In this document: positions 1-9,527 of the stretch, one piece after another
Position numbering within the stretch: position 1 is the stretch's first letter
How the letters are laid out: every line of letters begins with the position of its first letter
NCBI GenBank assembly: GCA_963666055.2
Contig: CAXWPH010000015.1
Span: 1,216,001-1,280,000 of the forward strand
Length of the DNA stretch: 64,000 nt
Reading direction: 5' to 3'
From: Acidobacteriota bacterium
Lineage (GTDB): Bacteria > Acidobacteriota > UBA890 > WLXD01
Made by a program: the position numbers and the translations under genes
Notes under the pieces: model-generated
What the model was told of the DNA's origin: nothing
The model's database searches: none
Seen by the model: the letters and a program-made list of their open reading frames with translations, nothing else

Positions 1-118
1 GCGACACCCAGCACGATCCACGAGGATCAGCTGGCGTTGCTGCTGGAGGCTGCAGGCACCGCAAGAGTGCAGGCGCGGGAGGTGCAGGCCAGTAGTAGCT
101 CGTCCCGTAGCGAACGGA

Positions 119-589
119 CTACGAGGCCGGTCGGGTCAATGCCCAAAGCGGTAGAAGACCGAGACAGCCGAAGGTTGCAAGCCTCGTCAACGCGATCTTC
201 TGCCAGGTCGTCCCCCGATCCAAGAGCGCCGCGTCGATCGTCTCCGAATAGGGTGACGATACGAGCGCCGTGTACTCGGGAAAGATGTAGGCGAGCGAGA
301 CGATTGAGATCGCGATCGATCCGACTAGGGCGGAGAGCAGAAGCGTGCGCCGTGTACTGCGCCAATTTGCCGCGAGCGCTGCAACCAGGAACACGATAGC
401 GAGCGTGTTAGTGATCCGCCAGAACGGTGCCGGATTGTAGACGTACTCGCCCTGGTACATCGCAAGAGAGGCCGGCGGCGCGGACAGAGCGACGGGGGTG
501 ATGGACGCCTGGCTGTAGGCATCGGCGCCGACGAGCAGGTAGTGAGTGACGATCGCGCCTATTAGCAGAACGTCTCGGACCCTAGCCAT
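119..589 (-). CDS. Small integral membrane protein (DUF1772/anthrone oxygenase-like)
   Basis: Four hydrophobic segments. Start moved to the ATG at 589 (MARVRDVLLIG), which follows a purine-rich RBS-like stretch. Confidence 0.55.
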   Translation of the reverse strand: MARVRDVLLIGAIVTHYLLVGADAYSQASITPVALSAPPASLAMYQGEYVYNPAPFWRITNTLAIVFLVAALAANWRSTRRTLLLSALVGSIAISIVSLAYIFPEYTALVSSPYSETIDAALLDRGTTWQKIALTRLATFGCLGLLPLWALTRPAS

Positions 590-700
590 GCGGGAATCCC
601 CCTTGTTGCCGCCATCAGGGTCGATTGAGCTACCCTCCGGCGCATGAAGCTCACCCCCAGCACCCAGATAGCCCACCTCGACGGCATCTGGGCCGAGACA

Positions 701-2171
701 TCAAGGGTGAATCACGCCTCCCTCCTCAGCACCGATGTAGTTGGCCGCCGGATTGTTCAGCATGTACGAATAGACGATCTCTCCTGCCGGGATCTGCGGC
801 CGCTGGTCCGCCTGCCACGGCAGGACAGTGCGTAGGCCGGCCAGGGCGTCCTCGGCGACCCGACCGAACGAACGGGCTGGGTTCTGTGCTTTGCGGACCT
901 CGACCCAGTAACTCGCCGAGAGCATCTCCTGGGCGACGAGCCGCAGGGCGATATCCACGGCCTGTCGAGCCCGTGCCACACGTTGGCGGGTGTACGACTC
1001 CATGTCCTCGACGTTGCGGACGAGGCTGAGGCCTTGCGCCGGTACCGGGTTCGCCAGAGTCTGGATCTCGGCCATCAGGTCCGAGATCGCCCAGCTCGAG
1101 CCCCGCGAAGGTGCCTTGGCGCGCACCTCCGCGGAGAGCACATCGGCCGGCACAATCACAGTGAAGAAGGCGTCCGGGAAGCGCATGACGCGCTGCACCG
1201 AGCCGGCCAGACTCTCCGCAAGGGCCATCGAGAACGCCTGCAGGTCGTTAGCCATAGGCTGGGCCACGAAGTTCGCGCTCGAGAGAATGTAGCCGCCTTT
1301 TTCGGAGTACGGCCCGGGCTCGACGTAGTACCGCTTTAGCCAGGGGGTGTCGAGCTCCCACGAGTCGCTCGGTTTGGCGCCGGGCACGACAGCCGGGTTG
1401 TGGTCGGACGAGTTGATTTGGATCAGGACGGTACGCTTTAGCCGGTCGTAAGCCTCCCATAGCGTCCAGGCCGGCCCTCCGCAGAGCCTCCGCCGCCGTC
1501 ATGCGCTCACCCTTCCAGTACGCGTCGCCGACGCCAACCATCGTCCCTGCGACGTTCGACATCATCGGCAGGTCGCCCTCGCCCGGCGAGCCACGCGACC
1601 AGACGACAGGAGTGACCCGCTCGTTGATCAGGTCGATGAGCATCTGAGTCAGACCGGGCGTGGCCGCCTCGTAAACCATGGTGTTGGCGCGCACGACCAT
1701 CATCGCCCGCACGATTTCCTCTTCCCCGACCTCCGGGCCGACCCCCGAGCGCGCCCCACGCCGGAAGCTGGCGAGCTGCCGGTCTCGGAGCAGCTGCTCG
1801 TTGTCGGGCCGCAGCGCGTCCCCCTCGAAGATGACCGTTTCGCGCCCCGAACCAGCGCCACGATTGAAGAAGTAGATGGGCACGTTTTGGCGCGTGCCTT
1901 CGAGCAGGAGGTTGTAGGCGTCGAGGGAGCGCTGACGCGCCGAGGGGCCGTACTCCACCTTCGCTCCACGGCGCGCTACCGCAACGACCTTGTCGATCGT
2001 GAGGTCCTTGCCGGTGAGGACGATCGTCGTCCCCGTGTCGGACGGGTTGATGGGGTTCATCGCCGCCGCTTGACTGGCTACGGGCGGGGGCGCGATCGCT
2101 TGAGTGGCGACGGCGGCGGGTGCGATCGCTAGAATCGCCACGAGCACGCCCAACAGTCTGTGTGAATTCAT
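701..2171 (-). pseudogene. Exported aromatic amino acid lyase (HAL/PAL superfamily), internally deleted and frameshifted
   Basis: Signal peptide, then LTGKDLTIDKVVAVAR, IYFFNRGAG, VRAMMVVRANT, RGSPGEGDL and ALRRAGL. At ~1470 the sequence switches frame to TLWEAYDRL..QINSSDHNP, followed by SANF and NVEDMES. The central helical part of the family fold is absent. Confidence 0.8.
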
Positions 2172-2276
2172 CGCACGTATCCTCTACTGGCGAAGTCGCA
2201 GAACCTAACAGCGGACCGCGGGAGCTTGCAACGTATGCTCTCCGATCACGCCAGGTATGCTCGGGCCAATCGATGC

Positions 2277-2405
2277 GCCACGGGGGTAGAATTCGTGCTG
2301 GTCAACGGCGTGGTGGCCATCGACAATGGCCGCTACGCTGGCGCCCTCGCGGGCAACGTCTTGCTGAAGACTGACGACTACCCACCGAAAAGGAGGGAAG
2401 TATGA
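2277..2405 (+). pseudogene. C-terminal fragment of a D-aminoacylase-type amidohydrolase
   Basis: Reads ATGVEFVLVNGVVAIDNGRYAGALAGNVL, which resembles TGVHTVVVNGEVVLHNGEVSDARPGMVV in the 59290-61812 protein. Its stop overlaps the next ATG (ATGA). Confidence 0.65.
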
Positions 2406-3865
2406 AGGAACAACCGAGGATCTCATTGAGCTCGCGGACGACTTCGTTGGCTTTCTTGTCGCTGCTTATGTTGGTCGGCCTCTTTGTTCAGGGCCGAACG
2501 ATGGCACAGGCACAGGAAGACGACGCCGGCTCTGCGCAATATGTCGGAGAGAACAATCAGATTCGGCGGGACAAGTTTGATCTCGTCCTTCCGTACGTCA
2601 TGCGGAAACGCAATGTCGACATGTGGATCCATGTGATGAGAGAGGCGATTCGCGATCCCTTCGGTGCGCAGGAGCTGGGGAGCACCTCCGGGGTGTTCGT
2701 ATTCACCGACCGCGGCGGCGACCGCATCGAACGCGCGATCCTCGGACGTCGCTGGGGAGCTTCACAGCGCGACTGGAGAAGCCCGGACTATGAAGATCCG
2801 ATGGAAGTGCTCGGAGCCTTCGACATCATCGGCAATTCGGTTCGCGTGCAAGAACCCTTGGCAAGCCCGGTGACTGAGTACGATCTCCGATTCGAGGGCC
2901 TCAGAGAGTTCGTTGCGGCGCGTGACCCTCAAAGTATTGCGGTGAATTTCAAGCGTGAGCTGGGAACGTGGCCGACGCGCTCGGGGCGGCCAGACGGCAT
3001 CTCGTATACCGATTACCTCCTGCTGGCCGAGGAGCTCGGGGAGAAGTATGCCGACAGGCTGATCTCGTCCGAATACGTAATGATGGACTACATCCACAAC
3101 AAGGTGCCGAGCGAGATAGAGCTGCTCCGGCAAATGCGCCTGAACGCAGCCGAGCGAGCAAGAGATGCCTTCGCGCGAGTCGTGCCGGGTGTAACCAGAA
3201 CCCGCGGAGGGGGCGTCACGGTCTTTCGCCGGATGAGCACGGGACAGTCACAGAGGGGAAGGAGCCCGGGTTGGGAAAACAGCGTCGTCGAGGGAGGCGA
3301 CATCCTCGCCGCCCCGAGCGTCGGGATGTACGCCTACGTTCTCCGTGAAGGTGAGACCGAGCCGCCTGCAGAGATCCAGAAGCTCTGGGCGGAGTATTTG
3401 AAAATCGACAAGATCCTGGCAGAGACCATCCGGTCAGGACGGACTCCTCGTGAGATCGTTCGAGCCTACAAGCAGAGATTCGACGCTGAAGGGATCATCG
3501 TTCAGGATGACCAATTGCACATGGTCGTCCCGAAGAACGACTTTCCCGCTTACTCGGCAGGTTTTGACCCCGGCAAAACCCACCTGAGCATCGACGCCCA
3601 TGGCCACATGAAAGGCGCGCGTGCCAGGTCGACCGAGACCTACTTCGGCCCCAGAATCGGCTCCTACGGTCCGGATTGGGCGTTGGACGTACCCCTCGCA
3701 CCCAATCACCACTTCGTTATCGAGTATTTCTTCTACATGCCGTCGCCTGCCCGAGAAGGCGAGGACCAATACTTGCTCTGGTGGGATCATGAGGAAGCGA
3801 TAGCCACCGAGAGTGGAATCGAGTACCTCACTCCACCGCAAGAAGAGTTATTGCTTATTCACTAG
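2402..3865 (+). CDS. Exported M24/Xaa-Pro peptidase-like protein, divergent
   Basis: Signal peptide (..TMAQAQ), creatinase-like N-domain, K..SEIE motif, C-terminal DAHG / VIEY / DHEE motifs and an AGGAGG RBS. Confidence 0.6.
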   Translation: MKEQPRISLSSRTTSLAFLSLLMLVGLFVQGRTMAQAQEDDAGSAQYVGENNQIRRDKFDLVLPYVMRKRNVDMWIHVMREAIRDPFGAQELGSTSGVFVFTDRGGDRIERAILGRRWGASQRDWRSPDYEDPMEVLGAFDIIGNSVRVQEPLASPVTEYDLRFEGLREFVAARDPQSIAVNFKRELGTWPTRSGRPDGISYTDYLLLAEELGEKYADRLISSEYVMMDYIHNKVPSEIELLRQMRLNAAERARDAFARVVPGVTRTRGGGVTVFRRMSTGQSQRGRSPGWENSVVEGGDILAAPSVGMYAYVLREGETEPPAEIQKLWAEYLKIDKILAETIRSGRTPREIVRAYKQRFDAEGIIVQDDQLHMVVPKNDFPAYSAGFDPGKTHLSIDAHGHMKGARARSTETYFGPRIGSYGPDWALDVPLAPNHHFVIEYFFYMPSPAREGEDQYLLWWDHEEAIATESGIEYLTPPQEELLLIH

Positions 3866-3916
3866 CGTCCTGACTCAGGCCACTTCTATGAGAAGGCCTA
3901 GCTCGGTCAAGGGCAA

Positions 3917-3949
3917 CGTGGTGGAAGTGTGGCGGGGCTGGCGACAGGG
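3917..3949 (+). repeat. Remnant end of the CTAG-bounded MITE family
   Basis: CGTGGTGGAAGTGTGGCGGGGCTGGCGACAGGG matches the left end of the 45552 element at 30/33 nt. Confidence 0.7.
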
Positions 3950-4019
3950 CGCCCTCGGAATGCTCGTGCGCATATTTTAATCAGCTACAGAATGTAATTC
4001 TGCTGTCGTCAGTGCTATT

Positions 4020-4046
4020 AAGTCTTTAAGTGATTAATAAAGACTT
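4020..4046. promoter_or_regulatory. Inverted repeat in an AT-rich island; putative protein-binding site
   Basis: AAGTCTTTA-N9-TAAAGACTT with perfect 9-bp arms, inside a ~100-bp AT-rich patch upstream of the coiled-coil gene. Confidence 0.45.
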
Positions 4047-4329
4047 TTAAGTGTCACAGGATAGCCTTTATAGTTGGAGTCTCAGGATCTGAGCCCGCGC
4101 CCCGGCGGGCCCACCAGAGGTAATCGGGGGGACCGGCAGTGCCGACGATAACGCGGAAGATCGAGACCTCTCATCCTGTGCCCAGCCGTCATTCGGGGCG
4201 CGAGAGCGACCAGTTGGGTAGCTTCCCAGATCGGTGGTCGGCATGGTATCGGCCCGCTCGCGGCATGCCCGGCGACTGCCTTCGCGTTCCCTACTGAGGG
4301 CCTGTGTTAGGGGATCAATGCGCGGATCA

Positions 4330-7300
4330 ATGCTTGATGAGGTCGTGCTGGGCTTGCGCCAACGGTCGAGGAAGCGACAACTGGAAGCCACGGCTCTGAC
4401 CCAGCGTTCACCGGACGAGCGTCGACCCACGGAGGCCGAGCAGGCATGTCTCGCCGCAGCCGAAGCAGCGCGGGCGGCGGAGCAGCTAGCCTACAAGGTC
4501 CGAGCACGTACCGCCGAGCGCGCCGGGTTCGAGCGAGAGAAGGTTGCCCTGCTCCGGGAGAGGGCCGCCGAGGTGGAGATCGAGCTTGCTGCGGCCGAGG
4601 CAAGGCTCGTGAGCGATGCATCGGGTAGCCGCTCGGCTCGCGCCGCGGAAACGGCCATCGAGCGCGCCGTGGGTCGGGCAGAGCTCGAACGCGCCAAGGT
4701 GACCAAAGCGCAAGTCCACTTCCGGAAGGCCGAAGCCAGAGCAGCGAAGGCCGAGAAGGTCTGGCGTGCGGAGGCCGAATGCGCCACGGTTGCCGACGAG
4801 GCCTTGGAGGCGGCGCGTCGGGAGGCGGCCGAGCCGGCGGATCTCGACAGCCCGGCGACCGCAGACGCGCTGGCCAAAGCCAAAGCGGCCGAGGCTGCGG
4901 CTCAGGAAGCCAAGCGGGCCGCGGAGACAGCCGAGCAAGCCCGGGCACAAGCTGCCAAGCGTGAAGAGGTGGAGCGCACCAAGGCTGCCGAGGCCGAGAC
5001 CAAGCTTGCCGACATCGAGGTCAAGCTCGCCGATATCGAGGCCAAGGCGGCCGAGGCCGAGACAAAGGCCACGACGGCAGAGACGGCACGCGTGGCGCAG
5101 GACGCCAAGGCGAATCGTACCGTCTCGCGGCACGCCAAGGCGGCCGACGCTGCTGCACGGGAAGCGGAGCGAGCTACGGCGGCGGCGAAGCAGGCCAGGG
5201 CAGAGGGAGCGGCGCGCGCCGAGACCGAGCGACAGAGAGCGGCCGAAGCCGAGGCGAAGCTGTCGGAGATCGAGGCCAAGCTCGCCGATGTGGAGGCCAG
5301 AGCCACCGAAACCGAGATCTCGGCACGGCAGGCCGAGGCGGAAAGGGCCCGCTTGGCGGACAATCGCAAGGCCGACCTCGTCGCCGCGGAGCAGGTGAAA
5401 GTTGCCGAAGCCGAGGCGCACCAAGCCAAGTGTGCAGCCGAGGAGGCAGACCGAGCAAAGACAGCGGCCGCCGAGCGCGCTGAGGTCGAGCGCGTCAAGG
5501 CGGCGGACGCTGAGGCCAAGCTGTCGGAGATCGAAGCCAAGCTGGCCGATGTCGAGGCCAAGGCCGCCGAGGCCGAGGCCAAGGCTGCCGCTGCGGAGAA
5601 GGCGCGCGTCTTCGGCGACATGGAGGCCAACCGCGCCGCCGGCGAGCAGGCCCGGGCTGCGAAAGCTGCCACACGGCAGGCCAATCTTGCTACCGCCGCT
5701 GCTGAGCGTGCCAAAGCACAGGTGGCAGAGCTCGCGGACGCCGAACGCGCCAGGGCCGCCGAGGCCGAGGCCAAGCTGACCGATATAGCGGCCAAGCTCG
5801 CCGATGTCGAAGCCAAAGCGGCCGAGGCCGAGGCCAGGGCAAAGCAAGCCGATGCCGAGAAGACCCGCATGGCGCGAAACGCCAAGGCCAATCGTGCGGC
5901 CGCCCAGCAAGCCAAGGTTGCCGAGGCCGCGGCACTCCAAGCCAAGCGTGCCGCGCGAGCGACCGAGCGGGCCAAAGGGATGGCTGCGGAACGTGCGGAG
6001 CGAGAACGCGCCAGAGCTGATGAAGCCCGAACCAGGGCCCGGGACGCCGAGGCGAAGGCCGCCGAGACCGAGCAGCAGAGGCATGCAGAGGCCGAGCGGG
6101 CCAGGACCGCCGAACGAGCCGCCGAACGGGCTCATGCCGGCGCGGCAGAACGCGAAGAGTACGAGCGTGCCAAGACCGCCAAGGCACAGGCCAAAGCCCA
6201 GGAAGCGGAAGCCAAGCTTGCGAAGGTCGAGCCGAAGCTCGCCGAAGCCGAGCAGAGCAAGGCCGCCGGCCGGATTGCGGAGAATGCCCGAGCCGAAGCC
6301 GCCGAGCGGGCACGACGCGAACGCGCCAAGGCCACAGCTGCACAGGCGAAACTCGAGGAGGCGAGCGACCGGGCCGCGGCGGCTGAATCCAAAGGCGAGG
6401 ACGCAGAGCGCGCCCGCCGTGCCGAAGCGCAGAAGGCGGCCGCCGCCAACGCCGCCGCCGAGCAAGCGAGGGCCCGTGCCGTTGAGTGTGCACAGCAGGA
6501 GCGCTCCAAGGCCGTCGAGATCGTTGCTCAGGCCGAGCGAGCGCAGGCCGAAGTAGCCAAGCGCCTCGAGCGGGAGCGAGCAAAAGCAGACGAGACTCAG
6601 GCAAAGCTGGCGGCGACCGAGGCCAAGCTCGCCGCGGCAGAGGCCAAGGCCACTGCGGCCGAAGCCAGGGCTGGCGAGGCCGAAACTGCGCGGAAGACGG
6701 CTGCGAAGAAAGCCGTTCGCCTAGAGTCCCGGGCGGCCCGGGCGCGCGCTTCCGGCGCTGAGGCGAAAAACACGAGTCGCCGCCATCGTCGTAGGCCCGC
6801 GACCTCCAGGCGACAGCCGACGCTCGGCAGAACGCCCTCCGCTAAACCGGGCGCGCTCAACCTCGGCAGGAGCGCGTCAAAAGCTCGCCCGGATCCCGTT
6901 TCTCTCGATGTACCGGCCGCCGCCGATCCGGCTGCAGAAGTACGCCAGGCGTTGGCTGCGGTGCGCAACAAGTCTCTCGAAAGCCCTCGTCTGCAGCGGG
7001 TCCTGAAGCAAGTGGCGCGCCAGGTGGACTTGAAGGACGCCTCGCCTGAGGATCACTCACTGCGAGTCAGCCGGATGGCGCGGAAGCTTGCCGAAGCCAA
7101 GGAAATCACCGGGCCGCATCTTCTGGCGATCACAATCGCGGGGCTCGTGCACGACATTGGCAAGTCGTGTATTCCTGACGCGATCATTGAGAAGGCTCGG
7201 CCGAGTCGCGAGGACATGGAGCTCATCCGTCGCTACGCGGAGTTCGGGGTGGAGCTACTCGAGCCGTTGCCCTGCATGGAGCCTGTCCTGCCGATCGTTG

Positions 7301-7557
7301 GAGGCCAGCAGGAGCGCTGGAATGGCTCCGGGTACCCAAGGAGCCTGTCGCGCAAGGACATTCCGATCGGTGCCCAGATCGTGGCGATTTGCGACATTTA
7401 TAACGTGTTAAGGATGGATCGCCGTTATCGGCCAGCCCATTCGGAGGAACGCGCGCGTCAGATCATCCACGAAAACGTCGGTGGCCTCTGGAGCCCGGCG
7501 GTCGCCCAGCTCTTCCTCAAGCGTATTGTCCCCAAGATGGCGATGCGGAGCGAGTGA
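4330..7557 (+). CDS. Long Ala/Glu/Lys/Arg-rich repetitive coiled-coil protein with a C-terminal degenerate HD-GYP domain
   Basis: About 800 aa of helical repeats, then DHSLRV..HDIGK..QQERWNGSGYP..IPIGAQIVAICD..RRYR. Start uncertain (4234, 4318 or 4330). Confidence 0.8.
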   Translation: MLDEVVLGLRQRSRKRQLEATALTQRSPDERRPTEAEQACLAAAEAARAAEQLAYKVRARTAERAGFEREKVALLRERAAEVEIELAAAEARLVSDASGSRSARAAETAIERAVGRAELERAKVTKAQVHFRKAEARAAKAEKVWRAEAECATVADEALEAARREAAEPADLDSPATADALAKAKAAEAAAQEAKRAAETAEQARAQAAKREEVERTKAAEAETKLADIEVKLADIEAKAAEAETKATTAETARVAQDAKANRTVSRHAKAADAAAREAERATAAAKQARAEGAARAETERQRAAEAEAKLSEIEAKLADVEARATETEISARQAEAERARLADNRKADLVAAEQVKVAEAEAHQAKCAAEEADRAKTAAAERAEVERVKAADAEAKLSEIEAKLADVEAKAAEAEAKAAAAEKARVFGDMEANRAAGEQARAAKAATRQANLATAAAERAKAQVAELADAERARAAEAEAKLTDIAAKLADVEAKAAEAEARAKQADAEKTRMARNAKANRAAAQQAKVAEAAALQAKRAARATERAKGMAAERAERERARADEARTRARDAEAKAAETEQQRHAEAERARTAERAAERAHAGAAEREEYERAKTAKAQAKAQEAEAKLAKVEPKLAEAEQSKAAGRIAENARAEAAERARRERAKATAAQAKLEEASDRAAAAESKGEDAERARRAEAQKAAAANAAAEQARARAVECAQQERSKAVEIVAQAERAQAEVAKRLERERAKADETQAKLAATEAKLAAAEAKATAAEARAGEAETARKTAAKKAVRLESRAARARASGAEAKNTSRRHRRRPATSRRQPTLGRTPSAKPGALNLGRSASKARPDPVSLDVPAAADPAAEVRQALAAVRNKSLESPRLQRVLKQVARQVDLKDASPEDHSLRVSRMARKLAEAKEITGPHLLAITIAGLVHDIGKSCIPDAIIEKARPSREDMELIRRYAEFGVELLEPLPCMEPVLPIVGGQQERWNGSGYPRSLSRKDIPIGAQIVAICDIYNVLRMDRRYRPAHSEERARQIIHENVGGLWSPAVAQLFLKRIVPKMAMRSE

Positions 7558-7711
7558 GCCGCCTGACGTAGCATGACGGCTGTGGGCGCGACGAGGATCG
7601 AGGCCCGTAGATCGTCCCTCGGAAACAGCTAACTCGAGCTCAGATAGAGGTGTAGATGGTCGGAGGGTGATACTAAGCCCTGAGCGCTAGGCCTGAGCAC
7701 TAGGGGAAAAC

Positions 7712-9076
7712 ATGACCACCGAGACCGACAAGACCTGCTGCGGCCCAGGCTATGCGTCGCCCGCGGAGGCGATGAAGGCGCCGCGCGAGAAGCTCCTCTA
7801 CACCGTCGCGCTCTACATCGGCACGGGCATCCAAAAGCCAGACTATCTGGCCACCATCGACGCTGACCCGGAAAGCCCCACCTACAGCCAGGTTGTCAGC
7901 CGGCTCGAGATGCCCGGCATCGGCGACGAGTTGCATCACATGGGCTGGAACGCCTGCTCGTCTTGTCACCATGATGCGAGCAAGGAGCGACGCTATCTGA
8001 TCATGCCGGGAGTGCGCAGCTCCAACCTGCACATTGTCGACTGTGCGGCCGATCCCAGGAGCCCGCGCCTTCACAAGGTGATCGAGGGGGCCGAGATCAA
8101 GGCGAAGACCAATCTGTCGGCGCCGCATACGGTTCATTGCCTTGGCTCGGACATCATCATCTCGATGCTCGGCGATGCGAAGGGCGAGGCGCCCGGCGGA
8201 TTCCTGCATCTGAACGAAGATCTCGAGATCGTCGGGCGATGGGAGAACGACCTGGGCGGCATGAAGTTCAACTACGACTTCTGGTACCAGCCGCGCCACA
8301 ACGTCATGGTCTCGAGCGAATGGGCGGCGCCCAACACCTTCATGCCGGGCTTCGATCTGGAAGAGGTCGGGCTGCTCAAGTACGGCCGCGAGATCCACTT
8401 CTGGGATTTCGAGAACAGGAGAGTCGAGAACACGGTCTATCTGGGCGAGGACGGCCTGGTGCCGCTGGAGGTGCGTTTCCACCACAACCCGAGCTCGAGC
8501 CACGGCTTCGTCGGCGCGGCGCTTTCCTCCAACGTGATCCACTGGTTCAAGAAGGACGACGAGTGGATCGTCGAGAAGATCATCGACGTCGAGAACGAAC
8601 GCCATCCGGAGTGGCCCATCCCGGTACCCGGCCTGATCACCGTGATCCTGATCTCGATGGACGACCGGTTCCTCTATTTCTCCAACTGGCTGCATGGAGA
8701 CCTGCGCCAGTACGACATCTCCGATCCATCCAATCCAAAGCTCACCGGTCAGGTCTGGATGGGTGGCCTGCTTGGCAAGGCGCCGGAGGTAAACGGCCAC
8801 AAGATCACCGGCGGCCCGCAGATGCTCCAGCTGTCGCTCGACGGCAAGCGGCTTTATGTGACCACCTCGCTCTTCTCGACCTGGGACAATCAGTTCTACC
8901 CGGAGATTCGCGAGACGGGCGGCTGCATGCTGATGGTCGATTGCGACGCCGAGAACGGCGGCATGTCGATCAACGCCGGCTTCTTTGTCGACTTCGGCAA
9001 GGAGCCGCACGGCCCGGCGCGTTGCCATGAGACGCGTTATCCGGGCGGTGACTGCACCTCGGATATCTGGCTGTAG
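7712..9076 (+). CDS. Selenium-binding protein SBP56 / methanethiol oxidase family
   Basis: CCGPGYASP, DELHHMGWNACSSC, PHTVHC, YDFWYQPRHNVMVSSEW, GGPQMLQLSLDGKRLYVT, WDNQFYP and GGDCTSDIW. No signal peptide. Confidence 0.93.
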   Translation: MTTETDKTCCGPGYASPAEAMKAPREKLLYTVALYIGTGIQKPDYLATIDADPESPTYSQVVSRLEMPGIGDELHHMGWNACSSCHHDASKERRYLIMPGVRSSNLHIVDCAADPRSPRLHKVIEGAEIKAKTNLSAPHTVHCLGSDIIISMLGDAKGEAPGGFLHLNEDLEIVGRWENDLGGMKFNYDFWYQPRHNVMVSSEWAAPNTFMPGFDLEEVGLLKYGREIHFWDFENRRVENTVYLGEDGLVPLEVRFHHNPSSSHGFVGAALSSNVIHWFKKDDEWIVEKIIDVENERHPEWPIPVPGLITVILISMDDRFLYFSNWLHGDLRQYDISDPSNPKLTGQVWMGGLLGKAPEVNGHKITGGPQMLQLSLDGKRLYVTTSLFSTWDNQFYPEIRETGGCMLMVDCDAENGGMSINAGFFVDFGKEPHGPARCHETRYPGGDCTSDIWL

Positions 9077-9083
9077 TGTCGCC

Positions 9084-9527
9084 ATGACCAACCCGCAGGA
9101 CAACACCCCGAACGGCCCAGCGCCGACCCGCCCAGCGCCGACCCACACAGGGCGCTTCACCATCACGCTCGCCAATCAAGGGGGCAGTGCGTTCGAGGTC
9201 GACGCGGAGGCGCCGCTTCTCGAATCGCTCGAGCAGCATGGCGTTTCCCTGCCGTATGGCTGCCGCTACGGGGGCTGCATCTCCTGTTCGGCAAAGCTGC
9301 TGGTAGGCGAGGTCGACCAGAGTGAAGGTCGCGCGCTCAACGGCCGCCAGCTGGCGGACGGCTATGTGCTGTTGTGCGTGGCTCGTCCCGAAACCGATTG
9401 CACGCTCGACGTCGGCGTCGAGAGCCACGACAAGCTCTATCGCAACCCGTTCCAGAGTCCGCTCAGCCCGAATGAGCTGAAGCCCTCCCTTGTTGGCGAA
9501 CCGGGATCCCTGCAGGACGCACCATGA
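9084..9527 (+). CDS. Plant-type 2Fe-2S ferredoxin
   Basis: LPYGCRYGGCISC...VLLCVA cluster motif; starts 7 bp after the SBP56 stop. Confidence 0.9.
   Translation: MTNPQDNTPNGPAPTRPAPTHTGRFTITLANQGGSAFEVDAEAPLLESLEQHGVSLPYGCRYGGCISCSAKLLVGEVDQSEGRALNGRQLADGYVLLCVARPETDCTLDVGVESHDKLYRNPFQSPLSPNELKPSLVGEPGSLQDAP

Noticed and set aside
1-118. Possible gene end at the left edge of the window
   Set aside because: Too short, with no recognisable motif in any frame.
4486-6465. Long antisense ORFs (659 aa and others) over the coiled-coil gene
   Set aside because: Expected shadow of GC-rich, Ala-rich repetitive coding sequence; no RBS or motifs.
7700-9175. 491-aa antisense ORF over SBP56, and similar shadows over katG, the PQQ dehydrogenase and the agmatinase
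   Set aside because: The opposite strand carries clear family motifs, and high GC suppresses antisense stops.
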